Source: Anaerolineales bacterium (GTDB taxonomy: Bacteria; Chloroflexota; Anaerolineae; Anaerolineales; UBA4823). Taken from it: a stretch of 64,000 nt of DNA. This document shows, one piece after another, positions 55,217 through 64,000 of the stretch (the first letter of the stretch is position 1; every line of letters starts with the position of its first letter). A program made the position numbers and the translations under genes. Under the pieces are notes generated by a model. It made no database searches. It was given only the letters and a program-made list of their open reading frames with translations, and had not been told where the DNA came from. The stretch covers positions 73,676 to 137,675 of the forward strand of contig JANXBJ010000005.1 in assembly GCA_025057645.1 (NCBI GenBank), written 5' to 3'.

Positions 55217-57568
55217 TCAATCCGTCTTAAGGCGGTTTGCTTCTCCGCTTAGGAGGATGCGCAAACCTTCTAGAGAACAAGTGCGGTAATGATGGCGGAA
55301 AGCGCGGCTTTCTTCCAGATGGCGCTGCAGCTCGACGAGGAGCGCTGCTGCGGTCGAACCCGGTCTGCCCGGCTTGAGTTGGAAGGTGAAGCCTTGGTCA
55401 TCGGCGGCGAGAATTTCCAGTCCCCCTCGTTCCGCCAACACCTGCACTGCAAGGCGGACAGCCCCGACTCGTTGGCAGGTAGCCGCAGCCAACCACGTCC
55501 AGGTCGTCTGTCCGTGGTGACGAACTGAGATGAATTTGAGTAAACCGCTTATGCGTTCCATTAGGCGATGGAGATCGTCCATCTGCGGGTCGACCGCAAA
55601 GAAAGAGATGCGCTTTGGACGCACCAGCCGCAAGGCTCGGCGTAGTTCGCCGGCGCTTGGTGGAATCGTCCAGACCACCAAGTGAGGATGGGGGGCAAGC
55701 TCGGTGCGGTCTTTGCCCTGAACTGCGGTGCGCTCGCCAGCTTCGGCCCAGATGAGTAGTTCCCCTTCGTTTCCTAGCGCCCGTAGGCGTTCGAGGGGAA
55801 AGCTCTCTCCGCGGTAATCCAGTAGGGCGATCTCTTCGGTGGCCGTAAGTTCAACAGAGGGCTGCATACGGGGGCGAAAATCCACCCATTCGAATTGCAA
55901 GCGGCGTTCACCGTTATAAGTCCGCCCACGCAAGCGATAGGCGAGGTCAAATTTGCCCTTGGGGAGCGGCCAACTAGAGCCTTGCCACCAAATAAGCCGA
56001 TAGCCATTTCCCTGCTCGTCTTCCACGTCTAGGAGCAAGTGTTCGTTCTGTCTCCCGATTTCGGAATAGCCGATCAGGGTCAGATTCTGGGCGGCAAAGA
56101 TCGGCGCCGGGTTGCCTGCTCCGAAAGGCGCTAGGCGTTCGAGTTGCTCGGCCAGCGACCAATCCGCCTGCTCCAGCGGCAGATAGGCACTTAATTGCAG
56201 TTGGGCTTCCGGCGAGCGTCCGCCGAACATCTTCTGAACCGTGTAGCCGATGGCCTGACGGAAGCGAGCGATGCGTTCGGGTAAGTCGGCGGCAGGGGCA
56301 AAGGTTAAACCGGCAGCCATGGGGTGACCGCCAAAGCTGCTCAGCATCGCTGCATGGACGGCGATGGCCTGAGTGATGTTCACGCCTTCCACAGAACGCG
56401 CCGAGCCGCGCGCGCCTTTCTCCTTTTCCCCGCAAAGCAGGATCGCCGGCTTTCCAAAGTGTTCAACCAAGCGACTGGCAACGATCCCTACCACACCGGG
56501 GTGCCATTGCGGGTGGTATAGCACTAGGACAGGGTGCTCGAGCAGCGAACGGTCTTGCTCCAACTGACTTAAGGCTGCCTGAAAGACCTCTTCGGTCAGG
56601 CGCTTGCGCATTTCGTTAAAGCCCTCGATTTCAAAAGCCAGGCGCTGGGCCAAGCCTTGATCGGGTGTAGTGAGGAACTCAACCATGGGGTTAGCATCGG
56701 CCAGACGGCCGACCGCATTTAGGCGCGGCGCTAGGCCGAAGGAAATCTGTTCTTCGGTCAAGTCGGCAGCCGACATTTCGGCATTTTCCAACAGCAAACG
56801 CAAGCCGAGGCGAGTGTGTTGGCGCAGTTGCTCGATCCCGAGCTGGGCAAGATAGCGAGTGTCTCCGCGGAGCGGAGCGACATCGGCAATAGTCCCCAAG
56901 GCAACCAAGTCGAGAAACTGAGTCAGGGCTTCTTCGCATCCTAAGGCTCGATAGAGAGCTTCCACCACCTTATAAGCTACACCTACCCCGCACAAACCGT
57001 TCAGCGGATGATCAGGCGGCAAGAGCTTCGGACTGGCAATGGCGGTTGCTGGTGGCAATTCGGCCGGCAGTTCGTGGTGATCGGTGATCAGAAAATCGAT
57101 CCCCCATTCTCGGGCGGCCTGCGCAGCAGCGTAGGCCGAGATACCGGTATCGCAGGTGAGAAACAAGCGTGCTCCTCGGCGGGCGAGGCTTTCTAAGTAG
57201 GGTAGATTAACCCCGTGGCCCTCGCTTTCTCGGACCGGGATGTGATAGATGACCCGTCCTCCCAAACGGCGCAGCGCCGAAACTAGGAGCGCAGTTGCCG
57301 TCTGACCGTCCACATCGAAGTCTCCCCATACGGCGATAATCTCCTCCATCCTTAGGGCGCGCTGTAATCGATACACGATCGCTTCCACCCCGGGCAATTC
57401 CTCCGGCGGAGTGGGTTGGTAGAGGTTTGCATCGAGAAAGGCGCAAGCAACTTGCGGATCGGTCAGACCGCGTTGCACCAGGGTTTGTAACAAGATCGGA
57501 TGGCCGTCAATTGCTGCGGCTAATTCGTGAGGGATCTGAACCGGAAGGGGTTCCAGCCAAATCGTCAT
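55217..57568 (-). CDS. recJ: Single-stranded-DNA-specific exonuclease RecJ (long form)
   Basis: DHH motifs VWGDFDVDGQT, TCDTG and ITDHH; DHHA1 GGHPMAAG; extended C-terminal region. Confidence 0.9.
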   Translation of the reverse strand: MTIWLEPLPVQIPHELAAAIDGHPILLQTLVQRGLTDPQVACAFLDANLYQPTPPEELPGVEAIVYRLQRALRMEEIIAVWGDFDVDGQTATALLVSALRRLGGRVIYHIPVRESEGHGVNLPYLESLARRGARLFLTCDTGISAYAAAQAAREWGIDFLITDHHELPAELPPATAIASPKLLPPDHPLNGLCGVGVAYKVVEALYRALGCEEALTQFLDLVALGTIADVAPLRGDTRYLAQLGIEQLRQHTRLGLRLLLENAEMSAADLTEEQISFGLAPRLNAVGRLADANPMVEFLTTPDQGLAQRLAFEIEGFNEMRKRLTEEVFQAALSQLEQDRSLLEHPVLVLYHPQWHPGVVGIVASRLVEHFGKPAILLCGEKEKGARGSARSVEGVNITQAIAVHAAMLSSFGGHPMAAGLTFAPAADLPERIARFRQAIGYTVQKMFGGRSPEAQLQLSAYLPLEQADWSLAEQLERLAPFGAGNPAPIFAAQNLTLIGYSEIGRQNEHLLLDVEDEQGNGYRLIWWQGSSWPLPKGKFDLAYRLRGRTYNGERRLQFEWVDFRPRMQPSVELTATEEIALLDYRGESFPLERLRALGNEGELLIWAEAGERTAVQGKDRTELAPHPHLVVWTIPPSAGELRRALRLVRPKRISFFAVDPQMDDLHRLMERISGLLKFISVRHHGQTTWTWLAAATCQRVGAVRLAVQVLAERGGLEILAADDQGFTFQLKPGRPGSTAAALLVELQRHLEESRAFRHHYRTCSLEGLRILLSGEANRLKTD

Positions 57569-57571
57569 CGG

Positions 57572-58420
57572 CTAATACTCGATTTCCCCGACTTGTTCCC
57601 AGTCCTGAGGGAGAGAAAGCCTGAGAAGTTCGATTCCGGTCTCGACATCGTACTCTTCCGGAGCGAGGAAAGCGCGCTCGCAATAGGTGCGATAGGGGCA
57701 ATAGGCACAAGCGCGTTCATCGGCGGTAAGCTCGAACTCCGTTTCTTGGCGACCGAGGATTTCGGCCATAAGGTGGGAGAGATAATCTTCGTCAGCTTGA
57801 AATTGGGCTCTGGAATAGAAGAGGGTCTCCGGGCGGTCAGGGTCGTTGGCAAACCAGTAGACCATCCTCACCTGTTCGGGTTCGATCGCAGCTCCCTCGT
57901 TGAGACTCGTTCCGGCGCGCACAAGGAGATAAGGATACAAGCGGGACTGAATCAAGGCCTTTATAGCACTTGGCGCAGGCTTTTGCCGGGTTGTCTTCCA
58001 ATCCACGATACTCCAACGTCCGTCGGGATGGGCGACCAGCAAATCGTATTTGGCAATCAAACGGGCATTGTCCAGCGCAGCCGTAAGAACCAATTCGGAA
58101 TAGCGTTTGCCGAGCAGGATGCCCTCCTGTTCCGTTTGCCAAAACCGGCCGAGCTGTGTCCACCAGTCGAACAGCTCGGCGGAATGCTCTCTAACGAAGG
58201 GTTCAAGCAGCTCATCGGCAATTCCCAGTGCTTTCTGATGGGCCAGATGGTGAAAATCTTGGGCTAGGGTCAGGCGTCGTTCCCATTCGAAAGCTTCGCC
58301 ACCCGCTGCCGAGGGCCAGGCCAGGCGGCGTATATAGCGCAGATAAAACCTTCTCGGGCAGATGAGGAAATCTTGCAAATTGGCTTGGCTGAAGATAAAG
58401 TCAAACGGCAGATCGGGCAT
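57572..58420 (-). CDS. Stand-alone PD-(D/E)XK nuclease with Cas4/AddB-type Fe-S Cys cluster
   Basis: N-terminal Cys (LICPRRFYLRY), nuclease core YDLLVAHPDGRWSIVDWKT, QxxxY (IQSRLYPY), and C-terminal CAYCPYRTYC (C-x2-C-x5-C). Confidence 0.8.
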   Translation of the reverse strand: MPDLPFDFIFSQANLQDFLICPRRFYLRYIRRLAWPSAAGGEAFEWERRLTLAQDFHHLAHQKALGIADELLEPFVREHSAELFDWWTQLGRFWQTEQEGILLGKRYSELVLTAALDNARLIAKYDLLVAHPDGRWSIVDWKTTRQKPAPSAIKALIQSRLYPYLLVRAGTSLNEGAAIEPEQVRMVYWFANDPDRPETLFYSRAQFQADEDYLSHLMAEILGRQETEFELTADERACAYCPYRTYCERAFLAPEEYDVETGIELLRLSLPQDWEQVGEIEY

Positions 58421-60677
58421 GGGTTTTCTCCCAGTAGTCCTTCAGGGCTAGCAAGGCTAGGGCGGGCACTTTATCCTCGCGGCGGCCGCTGTTGGAGGTA
58501 ATGATTAGCTCGCGCTTGGCACGGGTGATACCTACATAGAGCAAGCGCAGGCGTTCGCGCACATAATCTAGACGGGCTTGCACTGTGGGCATCCCCTCTT
58601 CAGGGAAGTCGGATTCGGCGGGGGAGAGCAACCATTCCAATTGGGCTAAGGCTTCGGCTTGCAAATTGAGCCGCCCTCGCAGGAACCAACGTTCAGGCTT
58701 ATAGGTGTCGTAAGCTGCCCCGGAGGGATAGTCGTAGTTGTTGACCGAGATCAGGTATACCCGATCCCATTCCAATCCTTTGGCTTTGTGCACTGTCGAA
58801 ACCACCACCCGTCCGGGATAGGCTTGGGGATCAAAACCGCTTTCCTCGCGACTGAAGTTGAGCAGGCGTCGATCGTTGTTGGAGATCAGCGTAAGTTCTT
58901 GGGCTAATTCCTGCAACCGCCATCTTGGGTTGGCATCGCTGGCTTGGCGAAGAATTAGGGCAAGCTTGTGGCTTAGGGCCAGTTCAGCCGGTTCGCGGAA
59001 CAGATCGCCCTGCAGGGTCAGGATGAGTTGATCGATAGGTAGGAGCACTGCACTTTGCCAGCGGTGCATCCTCTTGCGAAAGTGCGCCAAGCGGTAGTAG
59101 GTCTCCTGTTCACTGATCGGAGCTGCAGGGTTCTCTGCACCTCGAGGCGGGCAAACCTCCATAAGCCAATCAAAGGAAGAGGAAGGATAAAGGTAGGCTT
59201 CAATTTGGGGGCAACGTTGGATCAGGGCTTGGTCACCGATTACCTGAGCGTGCAGGACCGGGTCTTCGAGGTCGTCTAATCGCCAAGCGCCGTAAGCAGT
59301 GGCCAGCTTTTGGGCTGAAAGAGGATCGGCGAGAGCATGGAGGATGTCACACAATCGTTGTGCAGCGCGGCGTGTCGAAGCGCTGGAGCGCAGAAGGGAA
59401 TCTTCAAAGGGGATATTCTCTCTTTTCAAAGCCTCGACAACCTTAATTGCCAACTCATGGGTCGGTGCTAACACGGCTACCGTCCTGTCGGGATGATCCT
59501 TGAGCCAGTTCTTCAGCGAGCGGGTGACCTTCTTGATCTCCTCGGATACCCTGAGTTTTTTGGTGTAGAGCACGACCTTAGAAGGATCATCCGGGGGATT
59601 GGGGTATGGGTCGTCAGCCGGGACGGGGGTGATGAAGGGGGGGCCTTGCAGGCTGTCGCGCACTTCGGCAAGGGGGTGGTGCTCCATCGTCCAGCGCACT
59701 AAATGATTGGCAAGCTCCATGATGCTCCGAGTGGAGCGGTTCGAGTCGGGCAGATCGCGCTGGATGACACCCTCCTCCCGAACAAACTGACGAAGGTATT
59801 TCGGATTGGCAGTTGTGAAGGTCTCATAGATGGCTTGGTTAGGATCGCCAACGCGCACCCAGTTGCCGCTCTCCCCGACCAGCGCCCGCAGAATCTGCTC
59901 TTGGATATAGCTGGAATCCTGGGCTTCATCTTCGAGAATGTATGGCCAGCGATAGCGCAAACGTTCGAGGAGTTGCGGCTCCCATTGCAACACCTCATAA
60001 GCGAGACGGACGAGGTCGTCAAAGTCTACGGCGCCGCGGTAATTGAGCGCGCGTTGGTAGTCAGCATAGATAGCTGTGCCCATCTCCAGTAAGGGCAATG
60101 GGAACGGTAATTGGTCGAGCCGATGGCGTAGTTGAGCGGGAGTCAGACGTCGGTCCTTAGCGACGCGGATAAAGGCGGCGGCAATTTCGCGCACTAGGGT
60201 CGGGAATTCTTTGCGGCGGACTTTTTGGACCTGATACGCATCTAAGTCTTCGGCGAGGTAACCTGACAAGAGATCGCTGTGGTTATGCAGCCAGCTCTTC
60301 ACCGCGCTCTCTAAAATGCGGTTACACTCGCCTTCGTCTAAAATCACGAAGCGTTCGTCCAATCCAACTACTTCGGGGCGTTCACGCAGGATGTCGTTGG
60401 CGAGGCCGTGCAAGGTGCGCACGCGAAAATTGAGGGGCAAGAAGCCGCGCGCTTCCAAGAGAGTTCGAATGCGCTGGGTGAAGAGATCGACAGCCGAGTT
60501 GACCAAGGTGACGATCAGAATCTCTTGCCCCCGTCGCAAGGTTGTGTGGGTGAGCAGTTCGGCTGCCAAATAAGCAAGGGTCAACGTCTTGCCGCTGCCG
60601 GGCACGGCTAGCACCCCCATCTTTCCGCTGCGGTAAGCTACGACCTCTGCCTGAGCAGGACGAAGTTGGAAGTTCAT
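58401..60677 (-). CDS. UvrD/PcrA/AddA-type SF1 helicase (no nuclease domain)
   Basis: Walker A AVPGSGKTLTL, motif II YILEDEAQDS, motif VI VSTVHKAKGLEWDRVYL, and LLYVGITRAKREL. Confidence 0.85.
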   Translation of the reverse strand: MNFQLRPAQAEVVAYRSGKMGVLAVPGSGKTLTLAYLAAELLTHTTLRRGQEILIVTLVNSAVDLFTQRIRTLLEARGFLPLNFRVRTLHGLANDILRERPEVVGLDERFVILDEGECNRILESAVKSWLHNHSDLLSGYLAEDLDAYQVQKVRRKEFPTLVREIAAAFIRVAKDRRLTPAQLRHRLDQLPFPLPLLEMGTAIYADYQRALNYRGAVDFDDLVRLAYEVLQWEPQLLERLRYRWPYILEDEAQDSSYIQEQILRALVGESGNWVRVGDPNQAIYETFTTANPKYLRQFVREEGVIQRDLPDSNRSTRSIMELANHLVRWTMEHHPLAEVRDSLQGPPFITPVPADDPYPNPPDDPSKVVLYTKKLRVSEEIKKVTRSLKNWLKDHPDRTVAVLAPTHELAIKVVEALKRENIPFEDSLLRSSASTRRAAQRLCDILHALADPLSAQKLATAYGAWRLDDLEDPVLHAQVIGDQALIQRCPQIEAYLYPSSSFDWLMEVCPPRGAENPAAPISEQETYYRLAHFRKRMHRWQSAVLLPIDQLILTLQGDLFREPAELALSHKLALILRQASDANPRWRLQELAQELTLISNNDRRLLNFSREESGFDPQAYPGRVVVSTVHKAKGLEWDRVYLISVNNYDYPSGAAYDTYKPERWFLRGRLNLQAEALAQLEWLLSPAESDFPEEGMPTVQARLDYVRERLRLLYVGITRAKRELIITSNSGRREDKVPALALLALKDYWEKTHARSAV

Positions 60678-62809
60678 CCTTCCCCCGTGCGACCAGAATT
60701 ACCCCATGAAGTTCCCCTGGCCATCATTTCTAGGCTGTCCTGCAGAACGCGCAGCAAATCGCCGCGCTGCTCGTAGCCCCCAACGCTGTATTCGGAATAA
60801 CCGAGGTAAATTCGCCTACGACACCGGCGCACCAATCCCAGGGTGATCCGGCGGAGGTTCTCTTCGGCTGCTTGAGCTTCCTCCGCTGCAGTCCAAACTC
60901 GGCCCTTCGACCAACGCCGACTCAGGACATAGGGTTGAGTTAGGGGTTGAAACAGGCGTTCGTACCATCCGGAACTGCCGATGTCCAACCAGAACTGTAC
61001 TTCAACGGGACGATTGCTTAGCAGATAAGTGTAAGCTGGGCTGAGTAGAACCGCTTCTTCGTCCTCGGCTTGCCAACTGCGGAGATACTGGGCTGCGATT
61101 ACGCCCTCGCTTACCAGGCGCAAGTATTCGCGGTTGCGCTCCTCTGTGTTCACATTCATACTCTCCCGGAAAACCTGGCGGAATTTGCGTGCCGACTCGA
61201 CTAAATTTGCTGTCAGTTCTCCGGCCTGTTCATTGCGGTAGAAACCGTATCCCCGCTGAGAGAGAAGCTCATCGAACAAGCGGACAAAGAAGACTTCCAA
61301 TTCTTCAGGGGCAGTAGCCCGTGCGTCTTCGAGCCAGCGCCGTAAGCGCTCGTAGCGTTCGCCGATGCGGTAGGTGATGCGCTCCTGCGTTTCGGCCTGA
61401 ATTTGTTCGAAGGAGGACAAGGTGGGCAAGCCGTTCTCCTTGCGCAAAACGATCGCCGTCAATAGGCGGGCACGGACTAGGTCCAGACCCTCGATCGCTT
61501 GCAAGAGAGCTGTAGTCAGATCGAACTCCCGAAGCAAATCCGGCGGCAGGCCCTCCGGATAGGCCAAAGCGGCTAGGGTCAGGAGGCAGCGGATTACCGG
61601 TTCTTCCCGCAAGGCTCGCGAAGGACGGTGAGAACGCACCCGAACCCGGCGCCTTTCTAACAGCTCGGCAAGGGCGAACCGCAAAGCATCCGTGAGGTAG
61701 GGAGTGAGGACCACGATTTGGGCAGGAGAAATGCCCTCTTCGTCGATGCAGCGGGCGACCTCCTCTGCCACACGTTCTAACATTTGCGGATAGAAACGCT
61801 CAAAAAGGGGAAAGATCGCAGGCGCTCCGGTTTCGGCCTCGGACGGAAGAGGCTGGGCTCCGAAGGTCCACAACAGGGTTCGTTCGAATCGTTGTAGGGG
61901 GGGATCGGTGACAAAAGAGGTGTCAAATAGGCGCTGAATGTTGCAGGCCTGTTTGAGAGAATAAGCGGAGACCGGGTCTGCGCCGAGAAACACGCGGTAG
62001 CCGCCGTCATGATCGTAAATCAACAATGCCGAGTCAAAGCCAGGCAGCCACTCCCGCAGGAGATCGTGTGAAACCGGTGCATCCTCTTCGAGATTGTCCG
62101 CAATGAGGTGGCGATATTGACTCTGGAGAGTCTGACGAACCAAGGGATGCGGCCAGAGATAGCGAACAAAGACCTCCACTTGCAGGGAGAAATCGAGGAG
62201 GTTGTGCTCCAAACAAAATTGGCGAAAGAGGTTGGCACACGTTTGGACGTCCTCATAGACACGCAACTGTCCGGGGCTGCCATTCCAGGCGCTCTTCAGC
62301 CGTTCGCCGATCTCGGTGTGAGGAAAACCGATCAGGGCTGCCTTGTTCAAGTTGTCCAGAATTTGGCTGTATAAGCGGTTGGGAGGGAGGTTGACCGAAG
62401 CAAAGAAGCCCTGTTCAAGGAGCGGCCGCACCAGTTTGGCCATAAAATATTGTGCCGTCTCCAAGGTGAGGAAAATTGGCCACTCGCGGGGCTGTCCGAA
62501 TCCAGCCTGTTCCACCACCAGCGGCCAGAAGGTCTCAATAGTGCGCTTTGCCAGTCCACCTAGGGTTAGGATGGTCACCGCACCGCCTGCCATCACTCCC
62601 GGCACCGCCAGGGCTTGCTGATAAGGTCTTGCCAAGGTCCGCTGGGGAAGATAGATGAGAATTTGGTGAGCAGGCACTCCTGCTTCCATAAGGTAGAGCA
62701 CTCTTTCAACAGCAGTGCTCGTTTTGCCGCAGCCGACTTTGCCTTCCAAAAAGCAACGTTCTCCAAGAGGACGGTAAATGACCTCCAACTGTTGACTGGT
62801 GAGTAACAT
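60674..62809 (-). CDS. Degenerate SF1 helicase-like protein (AddB helicase-lobe-like)
   Basis: Walker A GKVGCGKTST is present. Motif II is degenerate (LIADNLEED) and I see no clear motif VI. I chose the ATG at 62809 (MLLTSQQLEVI), which sits 9 nt after a TTGGCA-18-TATAAT promoter. The ORF stays open to 62953. ATGA overlap with the next gene. Confidence 0.65.
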   Translation of the reverse strand: MLLTSQQLEVIYRPLGERCFLEGKVGCGKTSTAVERVLYLMEAGVPAHQILIYLPQRTLARPYQQALAVPGVMAGGAVTILTLGGLAKRTIETFWPLVVEQAGFGQPREWPIFLTLETAQYFMAKLVRPLLEQGFFASVNLPPNRLYSQILDNLNKAALIGFPHTEIGERLKSAWNGSPGQLRVYEDVQTCANLFRQFCLEHNLLDFSLQVEVFVRYLWPHPLVRQTLQSQYRHLIADNLEEDAPVSHDLLREWLPGFDSALLIYDHDGGYRVFLGADPVSAYSLKQACNIQRLFDTSFVTDPPLQRFERTLLWTFGAQPLPSEAETGAPAIFPLFERFYPQMLERVAEEVARCIDEEGISPAQIVVLTPYLTDALRFALAELLERRRVRVRSHRPSRALREEPVIRCLLTLAALAYPEGLPPDLLREFDLTTALLQAIEGLDLVRARLLTAIVLRKENGLPTLSSFEQIQAETQERITYRIGERYERLRRWLEDARATAPEELEVFFVRLFDELLSQRGYGFYRNEQAGELTANLVESARKFRQVFRESMNVNTEERNREYLRLVSEGVIAAQYLRSWQAEDEEAVLLSPAYTYLLSNRPVEVQFWLDIGSSGWYERLFQPLTQPYVLSRRWSKGRVWTAAEEAQAAEENLRRITLGLVRRCRRRIYLGYSEYSVGGYEQRGDLLRVLQDSLEMMARGTSWGNSGRTGEG

Positions 62810-62818
62810 CGTATGCGA

Positions 62819-62848
62819 ATTATAATGTCCTTCGCCTACGAGTGCCAA
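62819..62848 (-). promoter_or_regulatory. Sigma70-like promoter (TTGGCA, 18 nt spacer, TATAAT), near-leaderless
   Basis: On the minus strand, TTGGCA occupies 62848-62843 and TATAAT 62824-62819. The ATG at 62809 starts 9 nt after the -10 box. Confidence 0.5.
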
Positions 62849-62952
62849 AATAGGCTGATAAAATGACCGAAGAGACCTTTCGGCAAGCTGTCTCTGCAAC
62901 CGAGCTATGGTATGCAACCCCTGCTCAATAAAATCGTCTCTTGGAGTTGACA

Positions 62953-63399
62953 ATGAAGAAGACCGCCTTGATGCTTGTCCTTCTGAGCTTGGTTAGTATA
63001 ACCTGGCTCACCGCTTTTGAGCCTTCCCCGCGCGCTCAAGTGACAATCGTTAACAAGTCGGGAGTCAAGCTAGGCATCCAACTGATTGACCCTCAGGATA
63101 AAGACAATCTTTACTTTCTGACCATCGAAAAGGGAAATCGCGAGCAGCCAAGAGAGAAAACCTTCGAGCTCAAACCGGCTACCTACTCGATGATCGTATA
63201 TTATATGGAAACGTGGGATCCGGTGTACGGTTTCCCGACCTGTGGCGGCTTGGTGTTGAAATCCCGGCTATGGGCGAGGGGGAAACAACGCGTGGTGTTC
63301 ACCCGGTGTGGGGTGATCCCTGTAAACCCCGGCGAGCCGAAGATGATGAAATTCTGGCTTTACACGCCTTTCTTTTACCCCTATCGGTTTGTGTACTGA
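62953..63399 (+). CDS. Small secreted/exported hypothetical protein
   Basis: Signal-peptide-like MKKTALMLVLLSLVSITWLTA, then a beta-rich sequence. No recognisable domain. Confidence 0.5.
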   Translation: MKKTALMLVLLSLVSITWLTAFEPSPRAQVTIVNKSGVKLGIQLIDPQDKDNLYFLTIEKGNREQPREKTFELKPATYSMIVYYMETWDPVYGFPTCGGLVLKSRLWARGKQRVVFTRCGVIPVNPGEPKMMKFWLYTPFFYPYRFVY

Positions 63400-63478
63400 G
63401 CTTGGGCCGCAAGCTTTTGGCCGGAAAGGGTAGGAAACGTGCGAGATGACATCCCAATGGGTATAATATGGGGGCAAG

Positions 63479-64000
63479 ATGTCGGTAATCGATGAGATCA
63501 AGTCACGGATAGATATTGTCGACCTGATTTCTGAGAGCGTGAGCTTGCGGCGGTCGGGAAAGAATTATCTCGGCTTTTGCCCATTTCACACCAACACGCG
63601 CACGCCGGCCTTTGTAGTCTTTCCCGAGAGCGGCACTTGGCGTTGTTTTGGGCAGTGCAACGAGGGCGGTGATGTTTTTGCCTTTGTCATGAAGAAGGAG
63701 GGGGTGGATTTCGCCCAAGCCCTGCAAATCCTCGCCCAGAAGGCCGGGGTAGTGCTCAAGCCTCTTACTGCTCAAGAGACGGCGGAGCGTCAAGAACACG
63801 AAACCTGGCGAGCACTGCTGGAAGATGCGGTGACTTTTTATCGCCATCAATTGCTGAACACCGAAGCCGGCAAACAAGCCTTGGAATATCTCTCCGGGAG
63901 AGGGTTGCGTGCCGAAACCTTAGAGGCTTTTGGGATCGGCTACGCTCCGAACCGCTGGGACGCTTTGCTTCAACACCTCACCGCGAAGGGAGCTTCGATC
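63479..64000 (+). CDS. dnaG: DNA primase DnaG, N-terminal part (continues beyond window)
   Basis: My own translation gives MSVIDEIKSRIDIVDLISESVSLRRSGKNYLGFCPFHTNTRTPAFVVFPESGTWRCFGQCNEGGDVFAFVMK, a CHC2 zinc finger. The frame is open to nt 64000. The ORF is absent from the track because no stop is reached. Confidence 0.9.
   Translation, partial: MSVIDEIKSRIDIVDLISESVSLRRSGKNYLGFCPFHTNTRTPAFVVFPESGTWRCFGQCNEGGDVFAFVMKKEGVDFAQALQILAQKAGVVLKPLTAQETAERQEHETWRALLEDAVTFYRHQLLNTEAGKQALEYLSGRGLRAETLEAFGIGYAPNRWDALLQHLTAKGASI

Noticed and set aside
62810-62953. 48-aa N-terminal extension of the helicase-like ORF, whose start codon would overlap the divergent secreted-protein start.
   Set aside because: A near-consensus promoter lies inside the extension, immediately before the ATG at 62809. 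UvrD-like proteins normally begin shortly before the Walker A region. The extension is not excluded; the start needs experimental confirmation.
63503-63877. 124-aa minus-strand ORF.
   Set aside because: It lies antisense inside the clearly identifiable dnaG zinc-finger/N-terminal region.
1-64000. Mobile elements, prophage, CRISPR arrays, rRNA or large tandem repeats.
   Set aside because: I saw no transposase, integrase or phage structural signatures in any listed ORF. I noticed no repeat-spacer periodicity or rRNA-like conserved stretches in the intergenic regions. This was a by-eye inspection only, so short or diverged repeats could have been missed.

Overview
The window is densely packed bacterial chromosome of moderately high GC. 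I can support about 55 protein-coding genes and one tRNA-Ser(GGA). I saw no rRNA, CRISPR array, transposase, integrase or prophage-like block. The gene content suggests a monoderm-type, possibly Chloroflexota-like, aerobe or facultative organism. The clues are DnaD/DnaC-type helicase loaders, a Rieske/cytochrome b operon with dihaem c-type cytochromes, and near-leaderless promoters. That taxon guess is inference only.

Gene order from left to right:
- kdpD (3' part) and kdpE
- an unknown soluble protein plus a KimA-like APC-fold transporter
- an MFS transporter
- a DUF151 nuclease, dnaB, a DnaD-domain protein and a tandem-duplicated DnaC-like loader
- an isochorismatase-family protein
- the methylmalonyl-CoA mutase B12-binding subunit, meaB, prs, mutM, a HAD-IIA hydrolase and an Asp/Glu racemase-family protein
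- a Rieske, cytochrome b and 2x dihaem cytochrome c operon
- tRNA-Ser, ctaB and arfB
- a multi-PAS GGDEF protein, msrP and a GH36-like glycosidase
- a proline-racemase-family (Cys/Thr type) gene with a LIV-type ABC transporter carrying a fused LivM-LivG
- a NuoEF-like / NuoG-N-like / molybdopterin formate dehydrogenase operon
- a DUF427 protein and PolX
- a five-gene minus-strand operon: second copy of the unknown protein, second KimA-like transporter, P-type ATPase and two TrkA/RCK proteins
- osmC, mobA and a UbiB-type kinase
- recJ, a Cas4/AddB-type Fe-S nuclease, a UvrD-type helicase and a degenerate helicase
- a small secreted protein and the 5' part of dnaG

The three most interesting observations:
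1. An inverted, paralogous two-gene cassette (uncharacterised soluble protein plus roughly 600-aa KimA-like transporter) sits at both ends of the window. Each copy is embedded in K+-homeostasis genes.
2. A three-polypeptide split AddAB-like helicase-nuclease operon is packed together with recJ.
3. A DnaC-like helicase loader consists of a Zn-ribbon plus two complete AAA+ loader modules.

Several unexplained structured intergenic regions are also flagged. All functional calls rest on motifs I recognise by eye; no database search was run.
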